From Promethearchaeota archaeon (lineage in GTDB: Archaea; Asgardarchaeota; Lokiarchaeia; Sigyniarchaeales; SOKP01): a stretch of 36,768 nucleotides of DNA. Where the stretch lies: NCBI GenBank assembly GCA_048938445.1, contig JBHLME010000035.1, positions 1 through 36,768 of the forward strand, in the 5' to 3' direction. The position numbers and the translations under genes are program-made. Positions 18,547 through 28,549 of this stretch are shown one piece after another; the stretch's first letter is position 1, and each line of letters starts with the position of its first letter. The notes under the pieces were generated by a model. That model was given only the letters and a program-made list of their open reading frames with translations. It made no database searches and had not been told where the DNA came from.

Positions 18547-19269
18547 TTATATTTCTTTTGAATTTTTGATTATAGATAATGGTAATTTATTTTCATAAAA
18601 AGCTTTTCCTACAATAACTCCACGAGCTCCCGTCTTTTCAAGGTTCTTTATATCATCCTCATTTCTGACACCACCAGCAGCATAAACAGGTATATCTATA
18701 GAATCAACCATTTTTTTGATATTTATAAGATCTGGACCAACAAATGCACCATCAGCTTCAACTGAAGAAAATAAAATATATCCCGCACCTAACTTTTCAA
18801 TTTTTTTTCCAAATATAAAAGGATTTATATCTGTTTGTTTTGTCCACCCATGCGTAGAAATTTTTCCTTCTTTATAATCTAACGCGACGATAATTCTTTT
18901 AGATCCAATAGTTTCTGATAACTTTTTAATAACTTCTGGTTGTTTAATGGCTAATGTTCCTATTATGATGCGATCTGCACCTAGATTTATGAGTTCTAAC
19001 GCAGTTTCTAAATTTCTTATACCCCCACCAATCTGAATCTTAACTTCATTTGAAGCGGTTTCTATCATCTTTTTAAGCATTGATTTGTTTTCATTAGAAC
19101 CCCAAGCACCATCTAAGTCGACAAAATGTAGTCGCTGAGCGCCGTTTTTAATCCAAAATGCTAATGCATCAAGTGGATTTTCATAATATACTGTTTCTGT
19201 ACCTTTTTTACCCTTAAATAATCTAACACATTTCCCCCCACTTATATCTATTGCTGGAATGATCTCCAC
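18547..19269 (-). CDS. hisA: ProFAR isomerase HisA
   Basis: IIPAIDI.GGKCVRL..G, LHFVDLDGA, QIGGGIR, AAGGVR, IVGKAFY. Confidence 0.95.
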   Translation of the reverse strand: MEIIPAIDISGGKCVRLFKGKKGTETVYYENPLDALAFWIKNGAQRLHFVDLDGAWGSNENKSMLKKMIETASNEVKIQIGGGIRNLETALELINLGADRIIIGTLAIKQPEVIKKLSETIGSKRIIVALDYKEGKISTHGWTKQTDINPFIFGKKIEKLGAGYILFSSVEADGAFVGPDLINIKKMVDSIDIPVYAAGGVRNEDDIKNLEKTGARGVIVGKAFYENKLPLSIIKNSKEI

Positions 19270-19270
19270 T

Positions 19271-20545
19271 TCATCTCTCCTCTTTACTTTTTAAACTAAA
19301 TTTACTTATTGCATAAAAAATTAAAATAAGGGATATAGTGAATGCAAAGTTAAACGGAAAGACATCCTGCATTAAATACCATAATAACATGAAAGGTAAA
19401 TCAAGAAAACTTAAGAATAAAAAATTGTATCTCACATATTTTTTGGCAGGTTCAATCCCTTTATTTAATTCAAACATGATCATAATGAGTATTGGTGTTA
19501 AAATTAGTAGATGATGGTTCCATGAATCAAAATATACGAGCAACATTATCAATATACCAAATAGATATCCATAAATTATTCGATTATTATTAAAATTTCC
19601 AATTATAAAAATAATCAAACCTAAACCACCAACAATAGCCGTAAGAATTATTAAAACTAATACCTGAACCTGTTCAAATGGAACATTTATTAAATTATAA
19701 AAATTTCTAATAAGTTTGGAAATACTGAATGAAAAATTAGGTATGATAGGTGTATCACCTGAAAAATTTGCTTCTAAAAAACCATTTAATAAAACGGGAT
19801 ACCTAAAAAAGATAATTAAATTTAAAGACACGGGAATTAGGGCACCTATCAACCTTATACTGCTTTTTTTTAAATCAAATGTAAAAGTCTTAAGTTTAAA
19901 ATTATATTGTAAAACTAATAGAAAAGGAATAATGCAAATTGTAATGGGTTTGATTAATATACTAATACCGAGTATAACACTCCCGATTAATTGCCATTTT
20001 ATGTCATTGTATTTAAGAAAAATAAAAAGTGATATTAAGATTAATAACGTAATATAGAGATTAATCTGCCCTAGTATATAATTATAAATATGAAGAGTGC
20101 TCATTAAAAAGATGCTTATATATTTAATAACTTTCCTATCATCTTTTTCTTCATTTATTAAAGCAATAATTTTGTAAATTAGTATACAAATTAATAAATT
20201 TAACATTAGATTAGAAAGAGTGAAAATTATATAAGCACTATTAAAATCTATAAGTGAAAATGGAACAAATAATAAGGCGGATAACGGAAAATATCTAAAA
20301 TTCCATGCTTGATCTAGAATGATATAATTCTCTGGATTATACAGACCAGTAATATCTGTTCTAAATAGATTTCCTGCTTTATAAAAAATTAAGAAATCAT
20401 TTTGTTCTCTAAAAAAAACTAAACATAGAATAATTGAAAGAAAAAAATAGAATAAATGAATGATTATAGCATATCGGATTAATTCATGAGTCAAGAGCCC
20501 CTTTATTCTGTTTTTAAAATTTTTTATTGTTTCACTAAACTTCAT
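19271..20545 (-). CDS. Glycosyltransferase family 87-like (GT-C, DUF2029) membrane protein, paralog A
   Basis: DF.IFY.AG, FRYFP, GQIN, IKP and SW.HH motifs; multiple TM. Confidence 0.85.
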   Translation of the reverse strand: MKFSETIKNFKNRIKGLLTHELIRYAIIIHLFYFFLSIILCLVFFREQNDFLIFYKAGNLFRTDITGLYNPENYIILDQAWNFRYFPLSALLFVPFSLIDFNSAYIIFTLSNLMLNLLICILIYKIIALINEEKDDRKVIKYISIFLMSTLHIYNYILGQINLYITLLILISLFIFLKYNDIKWQLIGSVILGISILIKPITICIIPFLLVLQYNFKLKTFTFDLKKSSIRLIGALIPVSLNLIIFFRYPVLLNGFLEANFSGDTPIIPNFSFSISKLIRNFYNLINVPFEQVQVLVLIILTAIVGGLGLIIFIIGNFNNNRIIYGYLFGILIMLLVYFDSWNHHLLILTPILIMIMFELNKGIEPAKKYVRYNFLFLSFLDLPFMLLWYLMQDVFPFNFAFTISLILIFYAISKFSLKSKEER

Positions 20546-20551
20546 ATATCA

Positions 20552-21256
20552 TCATTTTTTTCTTAAAATTATCACTTTATGCATTGCGAGTTTTTTTAAA
20601 AAAGTTTTTTCAATTATTCTCTCTAATTTCAAAAAGTACCTTAAAATTGATTTTGGTAAAACGTCAGGAACAAATGAATAAAATTCTATTCCAATTAATT
20701 CAGTACTAAATTTTGAAAATTTTAATATTTTTTTTTCACTAAAAAATAATTCATCTCCTTCATCAATAGTTCTTATTCTTGGAAATATTTGTTTTATATA
20801 AAAACTGAAAAGAGGATTTTTTAGTGATAAATCAAATATAAAAATTATTCCATTTTTCTTTACTACACGAATCATTTCATATAAAAAATTTCTTTGTATT
20901 TCATCCAAAGGTAGATGATGTAAGACATTAATACATAAACAGAAATCAAAATAATTTGATTTAAAAGGAAGATTTCCCCCATCAGAGTTCAATGCATGTT
21001 CATTAAACTCATTAAGTAATAATGTATTTTTCACATTATTGAAGGAAAAATCAATTCCGACCATGTTTTTAGCATATTTATTTAAAAAATTCAAGTGCTT
21101 ACCTTGACCACATCCAACGTCTAATCCAATTTTATTATCTAAATTTTTACAATACTTAAATATAAAGTCCATTTTTCTTTTAAGCAAATATTCTTGAAAA
21201 TAAATGGGAAGTTCTTCAGAATAATGAGATGCGATTGAATCAAAATGTTCTTGCAC
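20552..21256 (-). CDS. Class I SAM-dependent methyltransferase (type 11)
   Basis: LDVGCGQG, GIDFS, LPFKSNYFD, VLHHL, RVVKKNG. Confidence 0.88.
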   Translation of the reverse strand: MQEHFDSIASHYSEELPIYFQEYLLKRKMDFIFKYCKNLDNKIGLDVGCGQGKHLNFLNKYAKNMVGIDFSFNNVKNTLLLNEFNEHALNSDGGNLPFKSNYFDFCLCINVLHHLPLDEIQRNFLYEMIRVVKKNGIIFIFDLSLKNPLFSFYIKQIFPRIRTIDEGDELFFSEKKILKFSKFSTELIGIEFYSFVPDVLPKSILRYFLKLERIIEKTFLKKLAMHKVIILRKK

Positions 21257-21292
21257 CTTCTTCCTTTTATTTTCTGACTTCTCTATTATATA

Positions 21293-22573
21293 TCAACTCT
21301 CTTTAGTACTTTTTTTTGTATTCAACGAATACATCCCTATTCCCAATAATATTAATAAAAGAAATATTGTACTTACAAAATTATATGGAAAAAATGATTC
21401 AGTAAAACCATAAATTAAAATAAATATCAGATTGAGAAAATTTAAAACAAAAAATCCAGGAATGATATATCTTTTTGCTATATTAGAATTGTTTGGTAAA
21501 TTAAATATAGTAACGATTAATAAAGGAATAATAATCAATAAATGATGATCCCAAGAATCAAAATAGACTAATAGCATTATTGTAATCCCCAATAAATATG
21601 CATAAATAATAGAGTATTGTGTCACTTTTCGAAAAAAATAAATTAAAAATCCTATTCCTCCTATAACACATGCGACACTTGTGAATATTATCAATTGATT
21701 GAACGGAATTTGATAAAAAGAGAAAAAATTCGTTAAGAGTTTAGTAATGCTAAAAGAAAAATTCAATATAGTAGGATCTGATCCAGTCAAATTTGCATCA
21801 ATAAATCCTTCTAATAATGGAGGATATATTAAAAACAGGATTAAATTCAAAGATATAGGTAATATTATACCAATAATTCTTATCAAACTCTTCTTGATAT
21901 CATAAGTTAATTTTCTTTCTTTTAAATTATAATTTATAACAATCAAAAAAGGAATTAAAAAAATCGTTATAGGCTTTATTATTATACTTATACCCAAAAG
22001 AACACTTCCAATTAATTGCCATTTCAAGTCTTCGTATCTAAGAAATATATACAAAGAAATTAGAACTAAAATGACGACATAAATATTAATTTGGCCTAAT
22101 ACATAATTCGATCCTTGGGGAAGTCCTATTAAAAATAAACTAATATAAGTAATGATTTTAGCATCATTAATTTCATCATCTTTACTTCTTACAATAATGA
22201 TTATTTTATAAAGAATCACGCAGGTTATAATATTGAGAAACAAATTAAAAAGGTTAAATAAAACAAATGCAAATTCATAGTTTAAGAGTGAAAATGGAAT
22301 GAAGAATACTGCACATAAAGGAAAATACCTGAAGGGAAAATTATAATTTGCTTGATTATAAAGATCTGATGGATTGGTAATAAAGATTTCACCTACTTTA
22401 TAATAGACTTCAAAATCTACTTCAAATTTTAAAGCAAATAATATTATTGAACCAATAAAGTAAAAAACATGTATTATTACTGCAATTTGAAATATTCGAA
22501 ACTTCCCCAGTTCAAAAAACCTTGATACAATATTTTGAAGTCTCAGTTTAAGGTTCATTTGAAATAAAACCAA
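21293..22573 (-). CDS. Glycosyltransferase family 87-like membrane protein, paralog B
   Basis: DFEVYY, FRYFP, GQIN, IKP and SWDHH; collinear with 19271..20545. Confidence 0.85.
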   Translation of the reverse strand: MVLFQMNLKLRLQNIVSRFFELGKFRIFQIAVIIHVFYFIGSIILFALKFEVDFEVYYKVGEIFITNPSDLYNQANYNFPFRYFPLCAVFFIPFSLLNYEFAFVLFNLFNLFLNIITCVILYKIIIIVRSKDDEINDAKIITYISLFLIGLPQGSNYVLGQINIYVVILVLISLYIFLRYEDLKWQLIGSVLLGISIIIKPITIFLIPFLIVINYNLKERKLTYDIKKSLIRIIGIILPISLNLILFLIYPPLLEGFIDANLTGSDPTILNFSFSITKLLTNFFSFYQIPFNQLIIFTSVACVIGGIGFLIYFFRKVTQYSIIYAYLLGITIMLLVYFDSWDHHLLIIIPLLIVTIFNLPNNSNIAKRYIIPGFFVLNFLNLIFILIYGFTESFFPYNFVSTIFLLLILLGIGMYSLNTKKSTKES

Positions 22574-22697
22574 TTATGAAATTAATTTATATTGTTTAAT
22601 TAACTTTCAAAAAAATACTTTTTTGAATACATGGAACATGATTCGCATTCCATCTTTTCATTAATGTATTTTAAAGAATATAGCATAATATTTCTAT

Positions 22698-23795
22698 TCA
22701 TTTCTTCCTTCGAATTTTTATATCTTTTTCGAAAAATCCAGATTTTATTATATCTTTTTTTTCTTCAGTTAAATCAGTATAAAAATCTATTGAATTCAAA
22801 TTCTCTTCTTTATTATTATTAAACTTTCTAATGCGATTTAAAGTAAGATGAATAGAATATTTAGAGATATCACATCCTATCCATTTTCTTTTCAATCTTT
22901 CAGCAGTTAATAAAGTTGTCCCCGAGCCACAAAAGAAATCTGCGATTAAATCACCTTCATTACTTCCCAACTCGATAATTCTTTCAATTAATTCATGATG
23001 TTTTTGAGTAGGAAAGCCTGTCCATTCTTTTGAAGCAGGTTGCAAACATGGTATTCGCCAAACGTCATCTAATTTTTTATCATTTACGATACGATACATG
23101 ACATTTCCATTTTCATCTTTAGCATTCTTTAGAATACCATTTACATTTTCTCGTTTTAATTGTTTTCTTGGTTTTTCACGCGGAATTCTTAATTCATTAA
23201 ACGTATAATTATTTGTTTTCGAATATATTAAAATATCATCATGTGCTCTCGGGAGATTTTTTTTTCCTGCTGAATATTTATTATAATAATACCACACGAT
23301 ATTATTGATGAAATGGTTTTCACCGAAAACGTTGTCTAAAATCATTTTTACAGGATGACAAGCATGCCAATCTAAATGGACAAATAATAACCCTGTTTTT
23401 GTTAACAATTTCTTGAATAATATAAACCGTTCATATAACATCTGTAAATAAGTATCAAGATCTTTATCCCAATTATCTTCATATGCAACTGTTTCATAAT
23501 CTAAGTTTTCACCCTTAACTTGAATTTGATAATTAGTTCCAGAAAAGAATGGAGGATCAATATATATTAAATTTATTTTATCTTCAAAAGTATTTAATAA
23601 ATAATAGAGTACTTCTGCATTATCTCCCCAAAATAGTTTATTAGTCCAATTTTTAACACTTTTATTACCCTGACATTTACTAGGACTTGAATTAGAATAA
23701 AAATTTATTTGTTTGAATCGAGTTTCATGTTGTTTTTTTAATTCTTTAATATTGGGAGTAATATCATTTTTATTTCTCCATGCAATATCAACCAT
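22698..23795 (-). CDS. Beta-class amino (m6A/m4C) DNA methyltransferase, orphan
   Basis: Motif IV IYIDPPF precedes FPTQK and motif I DFFCGSGTT; resembles type III Mod-like enzymes. Confidence 0.9.
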   Translation of the reverse strand: MVDIAWRNKNDITPNIKELKKQHETRFKQINFYSNSSPSKCQGNKSVKNWTNKLFWGDNAEVLYYLLNTFEDKINLIYIDPPFFSGTNYQIQVKGENLDYETVAYEDNWDKDLDTYLQMLYERFILFKKLLTKTGLLFVHLDWHACHPVKMILDNVFGENHFINNIVWYYYNKYSAGKKNLPRAHDDILIYSKTNNYTFNELRIPREKPRKQLKRENVNGILKNAKDENGNVMYRIVNDKKLDDVWRIPCLQPASKEWTGFPTQKHHELIERIIELGSNEGDLIADFFCGSGTTLLTAERLKRKWIGCDISKYSIHLTLNRIRKFNNNKEENLNSIDFYTDLTEEKKDIIKSGFFEKDIKIRRKK

Positions 23796-23867
23796 TATTC
23801 TTAATAAATTAGTATAGATTCTTAATAGTTATTATTAAAAGTAAAATAGTGATATAAAAGAGTAGAT

Positions 23868-24593
23868 TTAAGAAGAAATCAATTTTTCTAATTCTTTGTC
23901 GGTAATAAATCCTTTCGTGAGCATTAATTCATTAATTTGATCTAATACCTCAATTATTTTTTTAGAATCAGACATCTTCATTTCATTTTCAATATTTTTC
24001 TTTTTTAACTCATCAATATCATAAATTTGCGCTTTTAAATCCATTTTGAGATTCTCTATTTCTTTGTCTTTTTCCGCAAGCATTTGTTCCATCTCTATCT
24101 TCATTTTTTCCAATTCATTCTCCTTCTCACTGAGTTTTTGTGGAATATCCTCTTTTAAAGCATTATTCTCCATTTTCACATCATTTAGTTCTTTATCCTT
24201 CTGAGAGATTTTTTCTGCCAATTCTTTTATTTTATCGTTTAGATCGTTTACATTGTTTTCTAATTCCCCTTTTTTGACTTCTAAGTCCGATTTATTTGAA
24301 TTAATATCATTGAACTCCTTTTGTAAATTTTCAAATTGTACCTTAAGTTCGTCCAATTCCTTTGTAGTTGAGGAAAATTTTGTTTTAAATTTTTCAATTT
24401 CAATCTGCTTATTTAATTGCTCTTCTTTTGCAATTTTAAGATTTTTGTTAATATTCACGATCTCAGTCATTGTATTTTCTAATTCCCTTTTTTTTTGAGT
24501 CAATTCCCGTTCTAAATCATTAACTTTTGTTCTTAAGTCTAATAAAAACTTTCCTTCTACTTTTTGTTTTGAGTCAGGTTTCTCCTCTGCCAA
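23868..24593 (-). CDS. Long coiled-coil hypothetical protein
   Basis: E/K/L-rich heptads over ~200 aa; TTG start. Confidence 0.75.
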   Translation of the reverse strand: MAEEKPDSKQKVEGKFLLDLRTKVNDLERELTQKKRELENTMTEIVNINKNLKIAKEEQLNKQIEIEKFKTKFSSTTKELDELKVQFENLQKEFNDINSNKSDLEVKKGELENNVNDLNDKIKELAEKISQKDKELNDVKMENNALKEDIPQKLSEKENELEKMKIEMEQMLAEKDKEIENLKMDLKAQIYDIDELKKKNIENEMKMSDSKKIIEVLDQINELMLTKGFITDKELEKLISS

Positions 24594-24857
24594 ACGCCAA
24601 TCTATATAAATTGTTCTTCACCCTATATTACAATTTTTAAATATAAATATAATTATTTTTTAAAGTATAAAAAAATACCATGATTTAAAGTAATTGTGAC
24701 TCTTAATTTAAAGAAATAAAGCTACATTGTTCATATTTATGGAATTAAAAAAAATGAATAAAAATTACCATATAAATTTTTCTTCTTCTATTTTAAAAAA
24801 TTTTAAATAGAATTTATTTTATTATTAGAGAAAATGCACTTATGAAGGTAACTTTAA

Positions 24858-26108
24858 ATGTTAATTATTGATAATTTAAAACTGCTTTTTAAAAAAGAAA
24901 ATAGATTGTATTTAATCATTGTAATATGGTTACTCGTTGGTATTATCATAATAGACTTTTTTCCAATCATAGGGATTTTTATTTTTATACCCTATTTAGC
25001 ATTTTTAATGTTTCTCTATTTATTATCATTAGTCTCTAAGAAAGATATTCGCAAATTCTCACCTTTAACACTCATTGGCTTATTGTTGATATCGATTCCA
25101 TTAATGATCATTATAATTATTGTCTTATTTGTCTTGTTTGCCATTTCATTAATATCTTATGTCTTAATGACATCATGGTTCATTCTTTATGGTCTCATTC
25201 TTACATCTAAAAGAGTAGATAAGACCCTTTATAGGAATAAACTCAAACCATTGACAAGAAATATTGAATTTTTTGGAGGAGTGATATTATCAATTGCTTT
25301 ATTATTTTTATTTTTTATTGCACCTTCCCTAGATACTAGTAATTTAATCTTTGAAAGTGGAACTTCGCAAAATTTGATTTTATATTTAAATTATGCATAT
25401 ATAATAGTTGGAATATCAATATTCATATTATTTTTTATATGCTTCATCTATATTTTTAAAAAGTCGTTTAATGCATGGTATGGGATATTCAGTATTTTAA
25501 TTGCAGGATATACATTCTTTTTAGTCTTAAAAATTTTTTTAGGAATTACAGGATTAGGTTCTGATTCAAATATTTCTACTTCAAATACAGATATTCTTAC
25601 TGAGATTGGTTTACTCATTACTGATGTATTGATTATTGTTTATGCTATTAGTACACTTTTAGGAACGAAAGCAGAATTATTAGCAAAACAATTAAAATAT
25701 TTTGGAATTGATACTATTTTTATTTGGTTGTTATTTTCAAAAGCATCATATGAATTTATAAAAAATTTCCCCTATACCCAGTTATTAAAACTCTCAATAA
25801 ATGTGTCAGGTACCACATATTCTATTATTCCATTTTATGATCTAATAAATGTGTTAAATAGTGAAATAATTAATATTGTAAAAAATGTGGCTGTTTTAGT
25901 CTTCTTCATTATTTTAATAGTAATTATTGGCTTATGGGAAATAAGAAAATATAATAGAACAATATTTAAACAAAGAAAAGGAGAAGAAATAGAATTACCA
26001 GATTTAATTTCTCCAAAGCAAGACATTCTTGAAGAAAAAGTAGAAAAAATTGATGAACCAACTGATGATAATACTGAAATGGATGAAAATAATCAAAATT
26101 TAATTTAA
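24858..26108 (+). CDS. Polytopic membrane protein of unknown function with acidic C-terminal tail
   Basis: About 10-11 hydrophobic segments; AAGGT upstream of the ATG. Confidence 0.75.
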   Translation: MLIIDNLKLLFKKENRLYLIIVIWLLVGIIIIDFFPIIGIFIFIPYLAFLMFLYLLSLVSKKDIRKFSPLTLIGLLLISIPLMIIIIIVLFVLFAISLISYVLMTSWFILYGLILTSKRVDKTLYRNKLKPLTRNIEFFGGVILSIALLFLFFIAPSLDTSNLIFESGTSQNLILYLNYAYIIVGISIFILFFICFIYIFKKSFNAWYGIFSILIAGYTFFLVLKIFLGITGLGSDSNISTSNTDILTEIGLLITDVLIIVYAISTLLGTKAELLAKQLKYFGIDTIFIWLLFSKASYEFIKNFPYTQLLKLSINVSGTTYSIIPFYDLINVLNSEIINIVKNVAVLVFFIILIVIIGLWEIRKYNRTIFKQRKGEEIELPDLISPKQDILEEKVEKIDEPTDDNTEMDENNQNLI

Positions 26109-26279
26109 AATAAGAGTAATGGAGATAACCTATAATTTATAATTAAAATTTTTTAACCTCCTTTCATTTTAGTTTCGCGAAAAAATTGAATATGGCTTAT
26201 ATTTATATTCTTGGATCAACATTTGTAAATATATAGGATTTGGGGTTTATTAAGAACTTTTTACTCTTAATTTAGTGGA

Positions 26280-27401
26280 TTGAATTTGAAAGGAATGAAA
26301 AAAATTCTCTTGGGTGGTGCTGGAGGCGTTGGTAAGACAACACTACTAAATCGTTTTCTTTCAAATAGATGGATACCCTCACCCATGACTATCGGGATTC
26401 AATTTTCTTCAAAAGTAGTAGAAGTAGAAGGCATGACCGAAAGGTTAATATTTTTTGATTTTGCGGGGCAGCGTAGATGGAGATTTTTTCAAGAATCTTT
26501 TTTTTCAGGAGCAGATGGTGCAATTTTATCTTTTGATTTTCAAAGATATATATCATTTGAAAACTTAGAGGAATGGGTACAACTTTTCAGGATAAATAAT
26601 CCAAATCTACCTATTTTATTAATTGGAACAAAAGCCGATTATGAAGATAGAGTTGTATCCAAGAATAACATAAAGGAATTCATGGAAAAATATGATATCT
26701 TTAATTTTATAGAAGTTTCATCATTAACAGGTGAAAATGTAAAAATAATATTTGAAAATTTAATTCGAAAAATTCTTGGTTTGGAGCTATTATCTGTTCC
26801 AGAAATTCCTGGTAGGATGACCTCGGGAAGACCACGCAGGAATAATAAAAATTCGATTTCAAATTACGCAATAAAGAAATATCAAATTAATGAATATATT
26901 TCATTACAATTGGACTGGAACATGACAAATATCTACATTAATGGGATTCATTTTAACCAATGCAAGTATCTTTTATTAGATATTCCATTAAGTGAAATTG
27001 AAAAATATGATGAGATTGATTCAATTGATAAAGCGGTAGAACTTTTGGACCATTCTCTTGAAACCCATTCTATAGAACGTTTTAAAATTGATCCTGAAAC
27101 GGAATTCTGGGGGCATTGCTCAAATCTTCAAGCATGGGTAGAAAATGACTATGATACAAGAATCATACACAGAAACTTAGCTTTTCCCTTATTAAAGAAA
27201 CTTTCTGAAATAGGAGATCTAATTGCTAAGAAAGTATTTAAAAATGAGATTGCTTTGAGGTTAGAGGAGAATTTTTCCTCAGTTACTCATTATCTCGTGG
27301 AAGAAGGATATTTAAAATTTTTTAATAAAGAAGAACTTGACCTATTATGTAAGAAAAACGATTTATTGAAAAAGCTGATAAAAAATAGGGTTTTACATTA
27401 A
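26280..27401 (+). CDS. Rab-like small GTPase fused to a Loki-type C-terminal domain
   Basis: G1 GAGGVGKTT, G2 MTIG, G3 DFAGQ, G4 TKAD, G5 VSSL; then a ~170-aa domain with FWGHCSNLQAW. Confidence 0.88.
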   Translation: MNLKGMKKILLGGAGGVGKTTLLNRFLSNRWIPSPMTIGIQFSSKVVEVEGMTERLIFFDFAGQRRWRFFQESFFSGADGAILSFDFQRYISFENLEEWVQLFRINNPNLPILLIGTKADYEDRVVSKNNIKEFMEKYDIFNFIEVSSLTGENVKIIFENLIRKILGLELLSVPEIPGRMTSGRPRRNNKNSISNYAIKKYQINEYISLQLDWNMTNIYINGIHFNQCKYLLLDIPLSEIEKYDEIDSIDKAVELLDHSLETHSIERFKIDPETEFWGHCSNLQAWVENDYDTRIIHRNLAFPLLKKLSEIGDLIAKKVFKNEIALRLEENFSSVTHYLVEEGYLKFFNKEELDLLCKKNDLLKKLIKNRVLH

Positions 27402-27544
27402 AACGTTCTCATTTTTGTGTTTAATCATTCTTATTATCACTTAATATCATTAGGATCGAAAAAATCTTTAGAATAACCTTTTAATAATATGCTTATTAAA
27501 CTCAGTTATAAAGCATATATTGATTAAATACTAAAGGTGTTAAT

Positions 27545-28066
27545 ATGAACCAAAGCAATGCCATTGTTGATAAAGAATTGTTTTTAAAAAATATGGAACA
27601 ACTTTCGCTGAAAATTGAACAATTAACCGATGAATTTTCGAATATAAAGAATAAATTGAATAAGTCTAATTTAATCAATCGCTCCTTTGGCCTTAAAGCA
27701 TTACATAATTCTCATACCCTTGATTTTGCAAAAGATGTTCCGGGTATTGGAAGCCCTACTAAAGATTATAAACTTTCTATCAGAGCAATTTCAGAAGAAT
27801 GGAAAGGAAGAAAAAACGATATATTGATTGCCATTAGACAACAAGAAAAGGAAACTCATGCTGATGTGAAGTCTTTAGGTATACGAATTCCGATTAGTGA
27901 TGTTAAAACTCTACGTGTTCTCACTCAAGAAATATTATCAATATTATATGTTGCTTGTGAATTAAAAGCAATTGATATTAATCAACTTTTAAGGGATATT
28001 TTAATAGAAATCAATCAAAATGGGAAGAAAATTTTAAATGAAATAAAAGAAAAGATGAAAGTATGA
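27545..28066 (+). CDS. Hypothetical protein, possible PC4-like ssDNA-binding domain after an N-terminal coiled coil
   Basis: Strong RBS AAAGGTG; EWKG...IAIR...LGIRIP pattern resembles PC4/YdbC (weak). Confidence 0.5.
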   Translation: MNQSNAIVDKELFLKNMEQLSLKIEQLTDEFSNIKNKLNKSNLINRSFGLKALHNSHTLDFAKDVPGIGSPTKDYKLSIRAISEEWKGRKNDILIAIRQQEKETHADVKSLGIRIPISDVKTLRVLTQEILSILYVACELKAIDINQLLRDILIEINQNGKKILNEIKEKMKV

Positions 28067-28122
28067 TATTATATTAACCTTTTTATAATAGAGAAAATAA
28101 AAATGATTTCTAGGTTTTTCTA

Positions 28123-28503
28123 ATTACAGGGACATATTTATTAGTTATAAACTTGAAAATTGAAACCAATATTGTAATAGGAGCATTGGGGAATATTTTT
28201 TTTAAGAAAGGAGAATATTTTTATATTGGTTCTGCAATGGGACGTTCGGGTTCATCTTCTTTAATTAATAGAGTTAAAAGGCACGTTTCTAATTCAAGCA
28301 TCAAAAAAATGCGCTGGCATATTGATTATTTCCTTCAAAATAAAAATACAAAAATAACAAGAATATATTTAATTCCGTGTAAACAAAAAATTGAATGCCT
28401 AGTCGCTCAAGAAATTAAAAATATTTCTAAAGATTATATAAAAGATTTCGGAAGTTCTGATTGTAATTGTTGTAGTCATCTATATCTTGTTAATGAGAGT
28501 TAG
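28123..28503 (+). CDS. DUF123 / GIY-YIG-family nuclease-like protein
   Basis: G.YFYIGSAMG, RVKRH, WHIDY, FGSSDCNC.SHL. The conserved N-terminal GTYLL lies upstream of the TTG at 28153, so the start is placed at ATT 28123. Confidence 0.85.
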   Translation: MTGTYLLVINLKIETNIVIGALGNIFFKKGEYFYIGSAMGRSGSSSLINRVKRHVSNSSIKKMRWHIDYFLQNKNTKITRIYLIPCKQKIECLVAQEIKNISKDYIKDFGSSDCNCCSHLYLVNES

Positions 28504-28549
28504 AACTAATAACATTTGAGAATTTAGCTAAAATATAAAAAAGATAAGA

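Noticed and set aside
23868-24593. Coiled-coil protein as an SMC, crescentin or ESCRT-III homolog
   Set aside because: No ATPase, hinge or Snf7 signature; low-complexity heptads cannot support a family call.
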